From Crocinitomicaceae bacterium (GTDB lineage: Bacteria; Bacteroidota; Bacteroidia; Flavobacteriales_D; Sanyastnellaceae), in contig NZRP01000015.1 in the NCBI GenBank assembly GCA_002693775.1, positions 6,601-70,600 of the forward strand: a DNA stretch of 64,000 nt, given 5' to 3'. Each line of letters begins with the position of its first letter. Position 1 is the first letter of the stretch. The notes beneath the pieces are model-generated. The model made no database searches. It saw only the letters and a list, made by a program, of their open reading frames with translations, and had not been told where the DNA came from. The translations under genes and the position numbers were made by a program. Positions 10,500-19,776 of this stretch are shown piece by piece.

Positions 10500-11867
10500 A
10501 TGCCCAAAGCCCTTGACGGTTCTACTATTTGTGCAATATCTACACCCCCAGGTGCTGGCGGAATTGCAGTCATCAGAATTAGCGGACCTGAGGCATTAAG
10601 AATTTCTTCATCAGTGTTCTCTAAACCCTTAACCCCTAAACACGATCGAACAGTAGTTTTTGGCCGCATCCTCGAAGAAGACCAAATCATTGACGAAGGC
10701 CTCGCCCTTGTCCTCTGTGGCCCAGGCTCATACACTGGGGAAGACACCGTCGAATTCAACATTCACGGCTCAACATTCATTCAGGAACAAGTAACGCACC
10801 TCCTCATTCTCGCGGGATGCCGCCTCGCAGGACCAGGAGAATTCACTCAGCGAGCCTTCCTCAACGGTAAGCTCGACCTAACACAGGCAGAAGCAGTAGC
10901 TGACCTTATCGCTTCTGAACACTCAGGAGCCCACAAACTAGCAGTCGAACAACTCCGCGGTAAGTTCTCCCGTGAAATAGGTGAACTCCGTGACTCTCTC
11001 ATCAAATTTGCCGGCCTCCTAGAGCTAGAATTAGATTTCTCGGAAGAAGACGTAGAATTTGCAGACCGAACCAAATTATTAGGACTCATCGACAAATTAC
11101 TCGGCCGCGTTACCTCCCTCGCCGACTCCTTCAGATCAGGCAATGCCATAAAGTCTGGTGTCCGAGTCGCAATTCTTGGCGCCCCAAATGCCGGCAAATC
11201 CACTCTTCTCAACGCACTTGTAGGTGACGAAAGAGCAATAGTCTCTGACACTGCCGGTACCACCCGTGATGTAATCGAAGATACCTGTGAAATAAACGGA
11301 ACCCTTTTCCGCTTTATTGACACCGCCGGCATCCGCGAAACTTCAGACGTCATTGAAACCGAAGGAATAAAACGAGCAATTAAAAAAGCTTCTTCAGCTC
11401 ACACCGTACTTTATTTGCTTGATTCAAGTTCGGAATCGCTCGAATCTGCCACAGATAAAATCTCTGAACTTGAGTTGAGCGAGGAGGTAAATATTGTGGC
11501 AGTTTGGAATAAAAGCGACTTGCAAAAATCTCCTGAAGATGACTTACCAAGATGCTCCTCAACTATTTCAATCTCCGCTTCATCTGGCGAGGGAATTGAA
11601 GCTATCAAAACCCTTCTTGTTGACTCTCACAGCATTAAGGAAAGCGCTTCATCTCTTATTGTAACAAACGTACGTCACTTCGAAGCCTTAGTTAACGCTA
11701 AGGAAAGCCTTGGCGCCGTAAAATTAGGACTATTAAGCGATATACCAGCTGACCTTGTAGCCATAGACATTCGTACGACCCTTCATCATTTGGGATCAAT
11801 CACAGGGGCAGTCCATGCAGACGACATTCTAGGACACATCTTCTCAAACTTCTGCATTGGAAAGTAG
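10500..11867 (+). CDS. mnmE: tRNA modification GTPase MnmE (TrmE)
   Basis: ICAISTPPGAGGIAVIRISG, G-domain GAPNAGKSTLLN / DTAG, C-terminal CIGK. The track start at 10488 is GTG, and the ATG at 10500 is preferred. A one-mismatch -7 box CAAATTTG ends at 10483. Confidence 0.95.
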   Translation: MPKALDGSTICAISTPPGAGGIAVIRISGPEALRISSSVFSKPLTPKHDRTVVFGRILEEDQIIDEGLALVLCGPGSYTGEDTVEFNIHGSTFIQEQVTHLLILAGCRLAGPGEFTQRAFLNGKLDLTQAEAVADLIASEHSGAHKLAVEQLRGKFSREIGELRDSLIKFAGLLELELDFSEEDVEFADRTKLLGLIDKLLGRVTSLADSFRSGNAIKSGVRVAILGAPNAGKSTLLNALVGDERAIVSDTAGTTRDVIEDTCEINGTLFRFIDTAGIRETSDVIETEGIKRAIKKASSAHTVLYLLDSSSESLESATDKISELELSEEVNIVAVWNKSDLQKSPEDDLPRCSSTISISASSGEGIEAIKTLLVDSHSIKESASSLIVTNVRHFEALVNAKESLGAVKLGLLSDIPADLVAIDIRTTLHHLGSITGAVHADDILGHIFSNFCIGK

Positions 11868-11982
11868 ATGTTTATTATCTAATAGATTAAACCTTTTGAC
11901 CCATGAGATTTATTAAGCTTTACCAAAGAGCTCTTGTTATACTTTCATTGAAAAGAGGATGAGTTAAGAGTAGTAGCCTTAG

Positions 11983-11990
11983 TACATTTG
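11983..11990 (+). promoter_or_regulatory. -7 box TACATTTG upstream of trhO
   Basis: Exact TAnnTTTG match, 20 nt upstream of ATG 12011, in the 143-bp intergenic gap. Confidence 0.45.
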
Positions 11991-12010
11991 CACAGTTAAA
12001 TTTAATTAGA

Positions 12011-13057
12011 ATGGATCCTAACGCTGGCAAAAAACTAATTAATCGCCTGGGTCGTGATGAGGCTATTGCAGCACTTCACACTGAGAACTTTGCAAGAAGA
12101 ACTACTTCTTTTTATCGCTACGTCGATATTCCCGATACTGAAGCAATGCGCGACAAACTCTACAGAGAGTGGAGTGAGCTTGGGGTGTTTGGAAGAGTGT
12201 ATCTCGCTAATGAGGGCATTAATGCTCAGATTTCTGTTCCTGAGCCTAATTGGGATAAGTTTATTGATGTGCTTAACTCTAATCCTGAGTTTATAAATAT
12301 GCATCAGAAAATAGCTATTGAAGATGATGGCAAGTCGTTTTTTAAGTTAATGCTAAAGACTAAAAACCAAATTGTTGCTGATGGTTTGGAATACGGTGAT
12401 TACGACATTTCAAATGTTGGCACTCACTTGGATGCTAAGGCTTGGAACGAAGCAATGGATGAGGGAGCTATTGTAGTGGATATGAGGAATCACTACGAAA
12501 GTGAGATTGGTCATTTTGAAGGAGCGATTTGCCCTCAATCTGAAACATTTAGAGAGGAACTCCCAAAAGTGCTTGAGAATCTTAAAGGAAAAGAAGATGA
12601 TAAAATCCTTCTTTACTGCACAGGAGGCATAAGATGCGAGAAGACTTCAGCATACTTAAAGCACCATGGATTTAATGATGTAAACCAGCTTAATGGAGGA
12701 ATTATTGATTACGCTAGACAACTTGAAAACAACAAGGATATAGAGAATAAGTTTATAGGGAAGAATTTTGTTTTCGATGAGAGATTAGGCGAGAGAATAT
12801 CTGATGATATTATCTCAAATTGTCATCAATGTGGTGAGTCGAGTGATGACCATGTAAATTGCAAAAACAAGACTTGCAACTTGTTATTTATTCAGTGTGA
12901 AAAATGCCAAAAAGCTAATGGTGGATGCTGTTCTCCAGAGTGTTTGGAATACTCTCAACTTCCTGAAGAAGAGCAGATTTTACAAAGGAAGGGAAAGAAG
13001 AATAATTCACGTTTTCACAATCACCAGAAGAGAGACCTCAGTAAGGGATTTAAATAA
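12011..13057 (+). CDS. trhO: Rhodanese-domain tRNA uridine(34) hydroxylase TrhO (UPF0176/YceA family) with a Cys-rich C-terminal tail
   Basis: 348 aa with the family-typical CTGGIRCEK active-site loop and a C-terminal CxxC...C...C cluster. Confidence 0.85.
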   Translation: MDPNAGKKLINRLGRDEAIAALHTENFARRTTSFYRYVDIPDTEAMRDKLYREWSELGVFGRVYLANEGINAQISVPEPNWDKFIDVLNSNPEFINMHQKIAIEDDGKSFFKLMLKTKNQIVADGLEYGDYDISNVGTHLDAKAWNEAMDEGAIVVDMRNHYESEIGHFEGAICPQSETFREELPKVLENLKGKEDDKILLYCTGGIRCEKTSAYLKHHGFNDVNQLNGGIIDYARQLENNKDIENKFIGKNFVFDERLGERISDDIISNCHQCGESSDDHVNCKNKTCNLLFIQCEKCQKANGGCCSPECLEYSQLPEEEQILQRKGKKNNSRFHNHQKRDLSKGFK

Positions 13058-13112
13058 CTGAGGTAAATTCCTTATTTTGCAGGATTAAACACACCTGCAC
13101 AAAAGAAACCAA

Positions 13113-16100
13113 ATGCAATCAACACGCACGTTTCTGTTTACCGGAATATTAGCCATCTTCGCAGTTTTTCAAGTAGCTGTTGCTGCTGAAGATGGGACAA
13201 ACGTGCTTCCATCGTTTACAGTTGATGTTACAGAGGGCGCACAAGCTTCTGGATTAGTTGTCCATTGCACAAACACTTCTATCAATATTGATGAGACTTG
13301 TGGCACTAATGTTTCATATGCTTGGTCTATAGACAATGGAGCTATGGGGGTAGACTGGATTTTGGTTGAAGGAACAACTGAAACCACTCAAAATCTAGCT
13401 GTAGAGTTCATTACTCAAGGTTGTTACAATATCACTCTAACAGCCTCAGACTGTAATAATGTTGCAAATACTTCACCTACTGAAATAACTATTGCAGGTC
13501 CACCTCAACTAATAATTGACGATTTCACTTCAGTTTCAACTTGTTCAAACGGTCAAGCTGAAGCTCTTTGGCAAATGGCTTCTAACAACAATAACTCTGT
13601 AAATTTTAATGTATTTATTGATGGAGCTCCACTGTTTTCTAACAACTACGGCGGACTTTCTAGTTGCATAACACCTGGAACAATTCTTTTTGCAGATGTT
13701 ATTTCTGCAGGATTTCTTTCACCAGGAATGCACCAACTGATTTTCCAAGCACAGGGTGATTTATACAATATACCAACAATTGAAATCATTGACTTTGAAG
13801 TTTTTGAAGCTCCTAGTCTGAGCATTTCTACTTCAGCTGGAGCTTTTTGTTCATACGAGCAGGCTACGGTGAATGCGAATATCAATTTTGGACTTCAGCC
13901 TTATGTAATTGATTGGTCAATAGACGGCCTATCACAATACACAGAGACTGTAATCGCAAACAATTCTTCATACAGCTTCGACCTAAATGGTATCAACGGA
14001 GCAACTACAATCTTAGTCAACTTAGTAGATGCTAACGGCTGTACCACAAGTGAAACAATAAATATCGAGATATACGATGATGTTGATTTCACTCTAACTA
14101 CAACACCTACATGTGAAAATACGGCAGCCGAATTTGTGGCGACGGGTAATGCTACTCAATATGTTTGGCCTGATGCTTTATTCAGTGTAACTAGCCCTGT
14201 AGAAGCAGTTGGAGGAAACGACACTCAATCAGCAGTTATGGGAGACGGTATTGCTGTTGACGTAATTGGTGAAATCATCTACACTGGGACAGTTGACGGA
14301 GTTTTAGTTTGCTCTTCAACAATGACAGCTAATGCGGTTGTAAATCCTAATCCGGTGCTTGCAATTTCGCCTTCAGCAGGAACAACTTTCTGCTCTAACG
14401 AACTGCCAGAAATTACTGTAACTGGAGCTGATTATTACGACTTCAACCCACCACCAGCTACTGAAGTAAATGGTGTTGCTACTTACCCTCCTGGTCTTAA
14501 CTCGATTACTGGTTTCGCTGATGGATCTATAGATTATGCTGAAATCACATGCACTAGTTCTATCATGCTAGACTACCAGATTCTTGAGACACCAGTGGTT
14601 CAGCTAGCTGTTGATGGAGCTGTTCTTTGTGGACCAGATGATAGCGCACTCATAACAACTGGCGGAATGGATCCTGCAACATACTCATTCCAGTGGTGGT
14701 TTAACGGATTCCAAATTACTGGCGAAACAAACAACAGCGTGAATGTTGCATTAAGCTACCCTACTGATGCTGGCTTGAATAATGTCGCGTGCCAAGTTAC
14801 TCACAACAATGGCTGTATTGGAGGATCTGTAATTCAAGTTGAAATGCTTGAAGGAGCTTCTATTGATGTTACTTCATCGCCTATTTGTGATGGTGACACA
14901 TTGTTTATGGACACCTCTTCAAATGGAAATATAACTTGGAGTGCTAACGGAGCTACACCTACTGCTACTGGATATTACTACTACCCTGTAACTGATGGAG
15001 ATTCCTACACAGCAACGGCTACTGTTACTTCTGCTTCTATTATTGCTGCTTCACAATACGACTGTACTGCTTCACAAACCATAGTAGTAGATTCAAGGGC
15101 TAATCCAGATTTGGACTTTATTTTTAGTGGAATTCCTTGTACAGGCCAAAGCGTGCAGGTTGATATAAGCGGAGCTGAAAACTACACTTGGACATCAGAT
15201 CCTAATGAGACTAACTCTAGCTTGAATCCTGATCCTGGGGTTATTTCAAATAACATCCTATCACTTGGATATACAAACGTTATCCCTGGTGACTTAAACA
15301 TTAACACTACTGGAACAATTACTTATCCTGATGAATTAACTTGTTCTAGTTCGGAGCCGTTTACAGCTACAATAAACGCAAACACTTCTTTCCAACTTGC
15401 TGGTTCAACTGAGATTTGTGAGGGTGAGTGTATTGATTTAACTGTTGATTGGGATGAAGATCCAAATGGCGCTACTTTCTCTTACGACTGGTTCCTTGAC
15501 GGAAATTTACACTCAAACGGAGGAGCATTCACTCACTGCCCTACTTACGCATCTGGAACTGCTGAAGTAACTCTAGTTGTGGAAGCTGGTAATGCTTGCC
15601 AATCTTCACACACAGTGTTTGTGAACACAACAGAATTGCCAATTATAACTATGGCAGCTGATGTTGTAGAAGGATGTAATCCTCTAACTGTAAACTTTAA
15701 TGCTACCAATCAATTTGCAAGTGTAACTGCCTGGAATTTTGACAATGGTCAGTCTGAAACAGGTATAGATAATGTCCAAATGACATTTGACTGTGGCGAC
15801 TACGACAATGGAGATTGTATATACAACGTGAGCTACACAGCTATCTCTCCAACTAACCCTAACTGTACTGCTTCAGAGTTTACTCAAATCACAGTTCACC
15901 CTATTCCAGAAAGTGATTTCTTCTTGAGTGAGAGCATTGTGTGTTTTGAATCGGGCGTAGATGCAATCATTGAAGCAAATAATATTAGCTCTGATATAAC
16001 AGGACTTCTTTGTAATGGATCTACAAACGCTCCATACAACTGGACTTTATTCCCTACCGGATCTGGAGATTGTACTGAGTCAGTAAATGATATGCCCAAC

Positions 16101-17000
16101 CTTTTTGCTGCAGGTACAGGTAACTTCTCTATTGGACTTGAAACAACAGATGTATTTGGTTGTTCAAGTCAAAGCTTCCAAGATTTCCAAGTAGTTGAGG
16201 CGCCTGTTCCAGAGATTGGATTCTTCTCTACTTCTGTTTGTCTGCCAACACAGATAGAAATTCTAAATACAACAACTGGAGCTGCAAGCTTTGACCTTGA
16301 AGTACCTGGATTTGTTATTCCAACCAACTTCAACTCACCATTCTATTTAGACGTTGAATTCCCTGGGATTTATGAGGCAGAATTCACCGTTACTTCTAAT
16401 GAAGGGTGCTCTGTGACTGTTGAATATGAAGATGCATTTGAAGCGTGGTACCCACCGCTTGCTGATTTCACTACAGATCCAGAAGACATCAACATCCTAG
16501 ACCCGACTGTGAACTTTGTGAATCTAACACAGGGTGGAACGGAATTCATTTGGTCTTTTGGAGACGGAGACGGATCATCAGAGGTAAATCCACAGCATGA
16601 ATACTATGAAACTGGATCTTATGATGTACAGCTTCTCGTAACTAATCAGTACGGATGTACTGATGTGAGCACTCAAACTATCAACGTGAGTAACCTATTG
16701 CAGATTTGGGTTCCAAATTCATTTACTCCTAACAATGATGGAAATAATGATGCTTGGATTCCTAGAGTATCAGGGCAAGAGTTAATCCAAACCTACGAAT
16801 GCTGGGTTTACGACAGATGGGGTAAGCTAGTTTACTTCTCTACTACTCCTGAAGAACCATGGGTAGGTGATAATATGGTAGATGGCTTAGGCACTCACTA
16901 TGTGAGTTCAACAGAGGCATTTACTTGGAGAATCGAAATTAAAATGGTGGACGGTTTAGGTGCTAGGACCGAAACAGGCCACGTGTATTTAGTACGTTAA
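13113..17000 (+). CDS. Large secreted Cys-rich multi-Ig/PKD-domain protein with a T9SS type-B (gliding-motility-associated) C-terminal sorting domain
   Basis: 1295 aa. Signal peptide (ILAIFAVFQVAVAAE). PKD domain (WSFGDGDGSSEVNPQHEYYETGSYDVQLLVTNQYGC). CTD beginning VPNSFTPNNDGNNDAW at about nt 16710. Confidence 0.85.
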   Translation: MQSTRTFLFTGILAIFAVFQVAVAAEDGTNVLPSFTVDVTEGAQASGLVVHCTNTSINIDETCGTNVSYAWSIDNGAMGVDWILVEGTTETTQNLAVEFITQGCYNITLTASDCNNVANTSPTEITIAGPPQLIIDDFTSVSTCSNGQAEALWQMASNNNNSVNFNVFIDGAPLFSNNYGGLSSCITPGTILFADVISAGFLSPGMHQLIFQAQGDLYNIPTIEIIDFEVFEAPSLSISTSAGAFCSYEQATVNANINFGLQPYVIDWSIDGLSQYTETVIANNSSYSFDLNGINGATTILVNLVDANGCTTSETINIEIYDDVDFTLTTTPTCENTAAEFVATGNATQYVWPDALFSVTSPVEAVGGNDTQSAVMGDGIAVDVIGEIIYTGTVDGVLVCSSTMTANAVVNPNPVLAISPSAGTTFCSNELPEITVTGADYYDFNPPPATEVNGVATYPPGLNSITGFADGSIDYAEITCTSSIMLDYQILETPVVQLAVDGAVLCGPDDSALITTGGMDPATYSFQWWFNGFQITGETNNSVNVALSYPTDAGLNNVACQVTHNNGCIGGSVIQVEMLEGASIDVTSSPICDGDTLFMDTSSNGNITWSANGATPTATGYYYYPVTDGDSYTATATVTSASIIAASQYDCTASQTIVVDSRANPDLDFIFSGIPCTGQSVQVDISGAENYTWTSDPNETNSSLNPDPGVISNNILSLGYTNVIPGDLNINTTGTITYPDELTCSSSEPFTATINANTSFQLAGSTEICEGECIDLTVDWDEDPNGATFSYDWFLDGNLHSNGGAFTHCPTYASGTAEVTLVVEAGNACQSSHTVFVNTTELPIITMAADVVEGCNPLTVNFNATNQFASVTAWNFDNGQSETGIDNVQMTFDCGDYDNGDCIYNVSYTAISPTNPNCTASEFTQITVHPIPESDFFLSESIVCFESGVDAIIEANNISSDITGLLCNGSTNAPYNWTLFPTGSGDCTESVNDMPNLFAAGTGNFSIGLETTDVFGCSSQSFQDFQVVEAPVPEIGFFSTSVCLPTQIEILNTTTGAASFDLEVPGFVIPTNFNSPFYLDVEFPGIYEAEFTVTSNEGCSVTVEYEDAFEAWYPPLADFTTDPEDINILDPTVNFVNLTQGGTEFIWSFGDGDGSSEVNPQHEYYETGSYDVQLLVTNQYGCTDVSTQTINVSNLLQIWVPNSFTPNNDGNNDAWIPRVSGQELIQTYECWVYDRWGKLVYFSTTPEEPWVGDNMVDGLGTHYVSSTEAFTWRIEIKMVDGLGARTETGHVYLVR

Positions 17001-17010
17001 ACACAACTTT

Positions 17011-17901
17011 ATGAAAGCAATTGTATTCCCTGGACAAGGGGCACAATTCCCTGGAATGGGAAAGGATCTTTTTGATGCATCGGAAATTGCTCGCAAGAGG
17101 TTTGCTGAAGCAAACGAAATTCTTGGGTTTAACATTTCTGACATCATGTTTTCTGGCACTCCAGAAGACCTCAAGCAAACAAAGGTTACACAACCTGCTA
17201 TTTTTCTACACTCTACTATACTAGCAGAAGTACTGAGCGATCAGACTCAGCCTGACATGGTCGCTGGTCATAGCCTGGGTGAGTTTAGCGCGATGGTTGT
17301 AGCTGGAGGAATCTCATTTGCAGACGGCTTAGAGCTAGTTTCAGCTAGAGCTAATGCAATGCAGGAAGCTTGTGAAACAACACCATCAACGATGGCTGCA
17401 GTACTTGGCCTTGAGAACGAAGTAGTTGAAGAAGTTTGTGCTAACACTGAAGGTGTTGTTGTAGCTGCTAATTACAATTGCCCTGGTCAGCTGGTAATAT
17501 CTGGTGAGATTCCAGCTGTTGAAGCTGCTTGCGAAGCACTTAAAGAAGCTGGAGCAAGAAGAGCGTTGATTCTACCTGTTGGCGGAGCATTCCACTCTCC
17601 ACTTATGGAACCTGCGAGAGAGAAACTTGCGTCAGCAATCGAAGCTACTGAGATGAATGATTTGCGTTGTCCAATATTCCAAAACGTAAGCGCAAAAGCT
17701 GAAACGGACATTGAGGTAATTAGGAAGAATCTTGTATCGCAGTTAACTGCACCTGTGAGATGGACTCAAAGTATGGAGGCTATGATTTCCTTTGGTGCAA
17801 CATCAGTTACTGAGGTTGGACCAGGTAAGGTTCTTCAGGGTTTGTTTAAAAAGGTGGATAGAGCTTTCCCAACTGAAAGCGCAGCACTTAGTGCTGAGTA
17901 A
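17011..17901 (+). CDS. fabD: Malonyl-CoA:ACP transacylase
   Basis: 296 aa. FPGQGAQ, GHSLGEFSA (active-site Ser) and GAFHSPLM motifs. Confidence 0.96.
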   Translation: MKAIVFPGQGAQFPGMGKDLFDASEIARKRFAEANEILGFNISDIMFSGTPEDLKQTKVTQPAIFLHSTILAEVLSDQTQPDMVAGHSLGEFSAMVVAGGISFADGLELVSARANAMQEACETTPSTMAAVLGLENEVVEEVCANTEGVVVAANYNCPGQLVISGEIPAVEAACEALKEAGARRALILPVGGAFHSPLMEPAREKLASAIEATEMNDLRCPIFQNVSAKAETDIEVIRKNLVSQLTAPVRWTQSMEAMISFGATSVTEVGPGKVLQGLFKKVDRAFPTESAALSAE

Positions 17902-18049
17902 TACATTTAAACTCTACGTCTTTCGCGATTAACCCATCCTTAATGCGTTGATTGCGTAGCATTTCAGCTTTCTTCTCAAGGAATGCTCCAAGAGATTGCT
18001 TGCGTGATGCGTGCTTTGCCTTCAATTTTTCTGCAATGATTTTATCCAT
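17888..18049 (-). CDS. Candidate 53-aa Lys-rich small protein, below the 60-aa cut-off of the ORF track
   Basis: My translation is MDKIIAEKLKAKHASRKQSLGAFLEKKAEMLRNQRIKDGLIAKDVEFKCITQH*. It fills most of the otherwise empty 203-bp gap. It has the same orientation as the MFS gene and starts 55 nt downstream of it. No family recognised. Confidence 0.3.
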   Translation of the reverse strand: MDKIIAEKLKAKHASRKQSLGAFLEKKAEMLRNQRIKDGLIAKDVEFKCITQH

Positions 18050-18104
18050 ATTTGAAAAATACGGCTAAGATCTCCCCTACTTCTTACCTTTGGTTAGGAG
18101 TTAT

Positions 18105-19331
18105 TCAACCCTTTTTGGTGATTTTTTCAAGTTTACCAAACCTTGAATAAACATACCAAAGTATGCACGCGCTCACTCCAGCAAACAATGCACTACCTAA
18201 ATAAATAGAAGACAGATATTTAGGGTTTTCAGCGAATAAACTACCTGAAATCATAGCCCCTGTACCTATGCCTATCTCTAATGCCATAAGCATAGTGCTT
18301 AAGCCAAGAGCAATCTTGTTTTTAGGCGCAATATCTGCAGTCCATGCGAAAATAGTAGGCATGTTAATACCGGCCGACAATCCGTAGATCACTCCGCCGA
18401 TGGCCGCAACTAACTTTGTTTCCGCAATGCTCATGATGCCCATGCCTATAAGAATCAGGAAGCCGCCAATGATGAGGAGAGGCTCCCTCCCGTATTTATC
18501 AGAGGCACGGCCAGCAACAAACCTCATAGAAATGGAGGCTACAACGATTATGGTGTTAAAGAGACCTTTGTATGTATATCCTAGGCCATCGACAAAATCT
18601 GGGGTGATTGTTAGGAATACCCCAAATGCAAATGAGATTGGCAACAATACTAATGCCGCTGGTATGGCTGAAGATTCGAAGATTCCACCTTCAAAGATGT
18701 TGAGATCGTCTAGAGTGACTTTGCGCGGATTAGTTAGTGTCTCTGGAAGCTTTAGCGTTAATAGTAGCGCAAGGATTCCAAGGATTGAAGAAACAATGAA
18801 CATCTCATCGTAGTCGTATTCGACGCGGATAAAGCTGCCGAGCGCTGGGCCGCCTGCCATTCCAGCATTACCCGCTACACCCAGGTATCCAAGGGCTTCT
18901 CCCCTTCGCTCCTTAGGAATTATATCAGTTAAGAAGGCGCTTGTTCCTGTTGGCCTGAAACCAGTGCTTAGGCCGTGAACTGTTCTTAGAATTAAGAAAA
19001 GCCAAACTCCCCACATTGCTGTTTCAGATTCTCCGCTCCAGCCTTCATTCAACATACCTACGCCTACGTATAGAAAACCGGCACAAGCTGCGACGACTGT
19101 TCCAAACACCATCACGACCTTTCTGCCTGCTCTGTCAGCGATTCGGCCTGAGAAGAATCTAGATACGAATGCACCAAGTGTGAATAGGCCTACTATGTAG
19201 CCTAGCAAATGTCCTGCGTTAAGCTCCTCAGTTAAATACTCAGGCAACTCAGGCATTATCATCCCAAAGCTAGCCATGAATAAAACCGTGCTAGCGCACA
19301 GAGTGAAAAACGTTGGGGTAAATAATTTCAT
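18105..19331 (-). CDS. MFS transporter
   Basis: About 12 predicted TM segments and an MFS loop motif GRIADRAGRK. The start is set at MKLFTPTFFTLCAS... because TM1 follows it directly. The upstream extension to 19424 has no support. Confidence 0.85.
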   Translation of the reverse strand: MKLFTPTFFTLCASTVLFMASFGMIMPELPEYLTEELNAGHLLGYIVGLFTLGAFVSRFFSGRIADRAGRKVVMVFGTVVAACAGFLYVGVGMLNEGWSGESETAMWGVWLFLILRTVHGLSTGFRPTGTSAFLTDIIPKERRGEALGYLGVAGNAGMAGGPALGSFIRVEYDYDEMFIVSSILGILALLLTLKLPETLTNPRKVTLDDLNIFEGGIFESSAIPAALVLLPISFAFGVFLTITPDFVDGLGYTYKGLFNTIIVVASISMRFVAGRASDKYGREPLLIIGGFLILIGMGIMSIAETKLVAAIGGVIYGLSAGINMPTIFAWTADIAPKNKIALGLSTMLMALEIGIGTGAMISGSLFAENPKYLSSIYLGSALFAGVSACILWYVYSRFGKLEKITKKG

Positions 19332-19776
19332 TCTGCGCAAAGGTAGTCCCGTACCTTTATGGCTAGTGAGACAGTACCCAACTAAAATAATCGTCGCTTG
19401 GGGCGAAGCCATTAGCGGCAACAAAAAGATTAAAGATTGGCTAAAGGAAAATGGCTACCCTGAACTTTCGTGCTTTGTCTACGCTTTGCAGTTACAGGAT
19501 AGTGCTAGAAAATGGCTAATGGACAACAACTGCCCTGAGCTAATGGCTCTAGTAATGGGATCTGAAGGAGATAAAAAAGCTCTTAATTGGTTAAGGGCTA
19601 ATAGCTACTCTAAACTTGCTCTTATAGCTGAAGGGGCAGACAATGACAATACTGCTATTGAAGAGCTACTAAAAATGGATGAAAAAGAATGGGCTATGAT
19701 TAGTCTTAAAATCAGGGCAGTAAAAAACTCTATCCAAGAGGATAACGAAGATTGGCATAAGCAATCAAGATGGTAG
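19276..19776 (+). CDS. Hypothetical protein built from 4-5 copies of a 22-24-aa repeat (WL-x2-N-x-[YC]P-E-L...G)
   Basis: Repeat units are PLWLVRQYPTKIIVAWGEAISG, IKDWLKENGYPELSCFVYALQLQ, ARKWLMDNNCPELMALVMGSEG and ALNWLRANSYSKLALIAEGA. The start is uncertain. The in-frame candidates I found are ATG 19276, GTG 19288, GTG 19303 and GTG 19366. The first three overlap the MFS 5' end in antisense, and GTG 19366 falls inside the first repeat unit. Confidence 0.5.
   Translation: MNKTVLAHRVKNVGVNNFILRKGSPVPLWLVRQYPTKIIVAWGEAISGNKKIKDWLKENGYPELSCFVYALQLQDSARKWLMDNNCPELMALVMGSEGDKKALNWLRANSYSKLALIAEGADNDNTAIEELLKMDEKEWAMISLKIRAVKNSIQEDNEDWHKQSRW

Noticed and set aside
10475-10762. Minus-strand 95-aa ORF spanning the sucD/mnmE promoter region and the mnmE 5' end
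   Set aside because: It overlaps the strongly supported MnmE N-terminal domain in antisense, and its product has no motifs.
11926-11935. 10-bp perfect palindrome AAGAGCTCTT in the mnmE/trhO intergenic region
   Set aside because: It has no loop and no U-tract, so it is not a terminator. It is too short to call an operator without a second copy or a known regulator.
13035-13098. Two short hairpins (CCTCAG...CTGAGG and TGCAGG...CCTGCA) around and after the trhO stop codon
   Set aside because: The stems are only 6 bp with 10-16-nt loops and no following T-tract. The support is insufficient to call a terminator.
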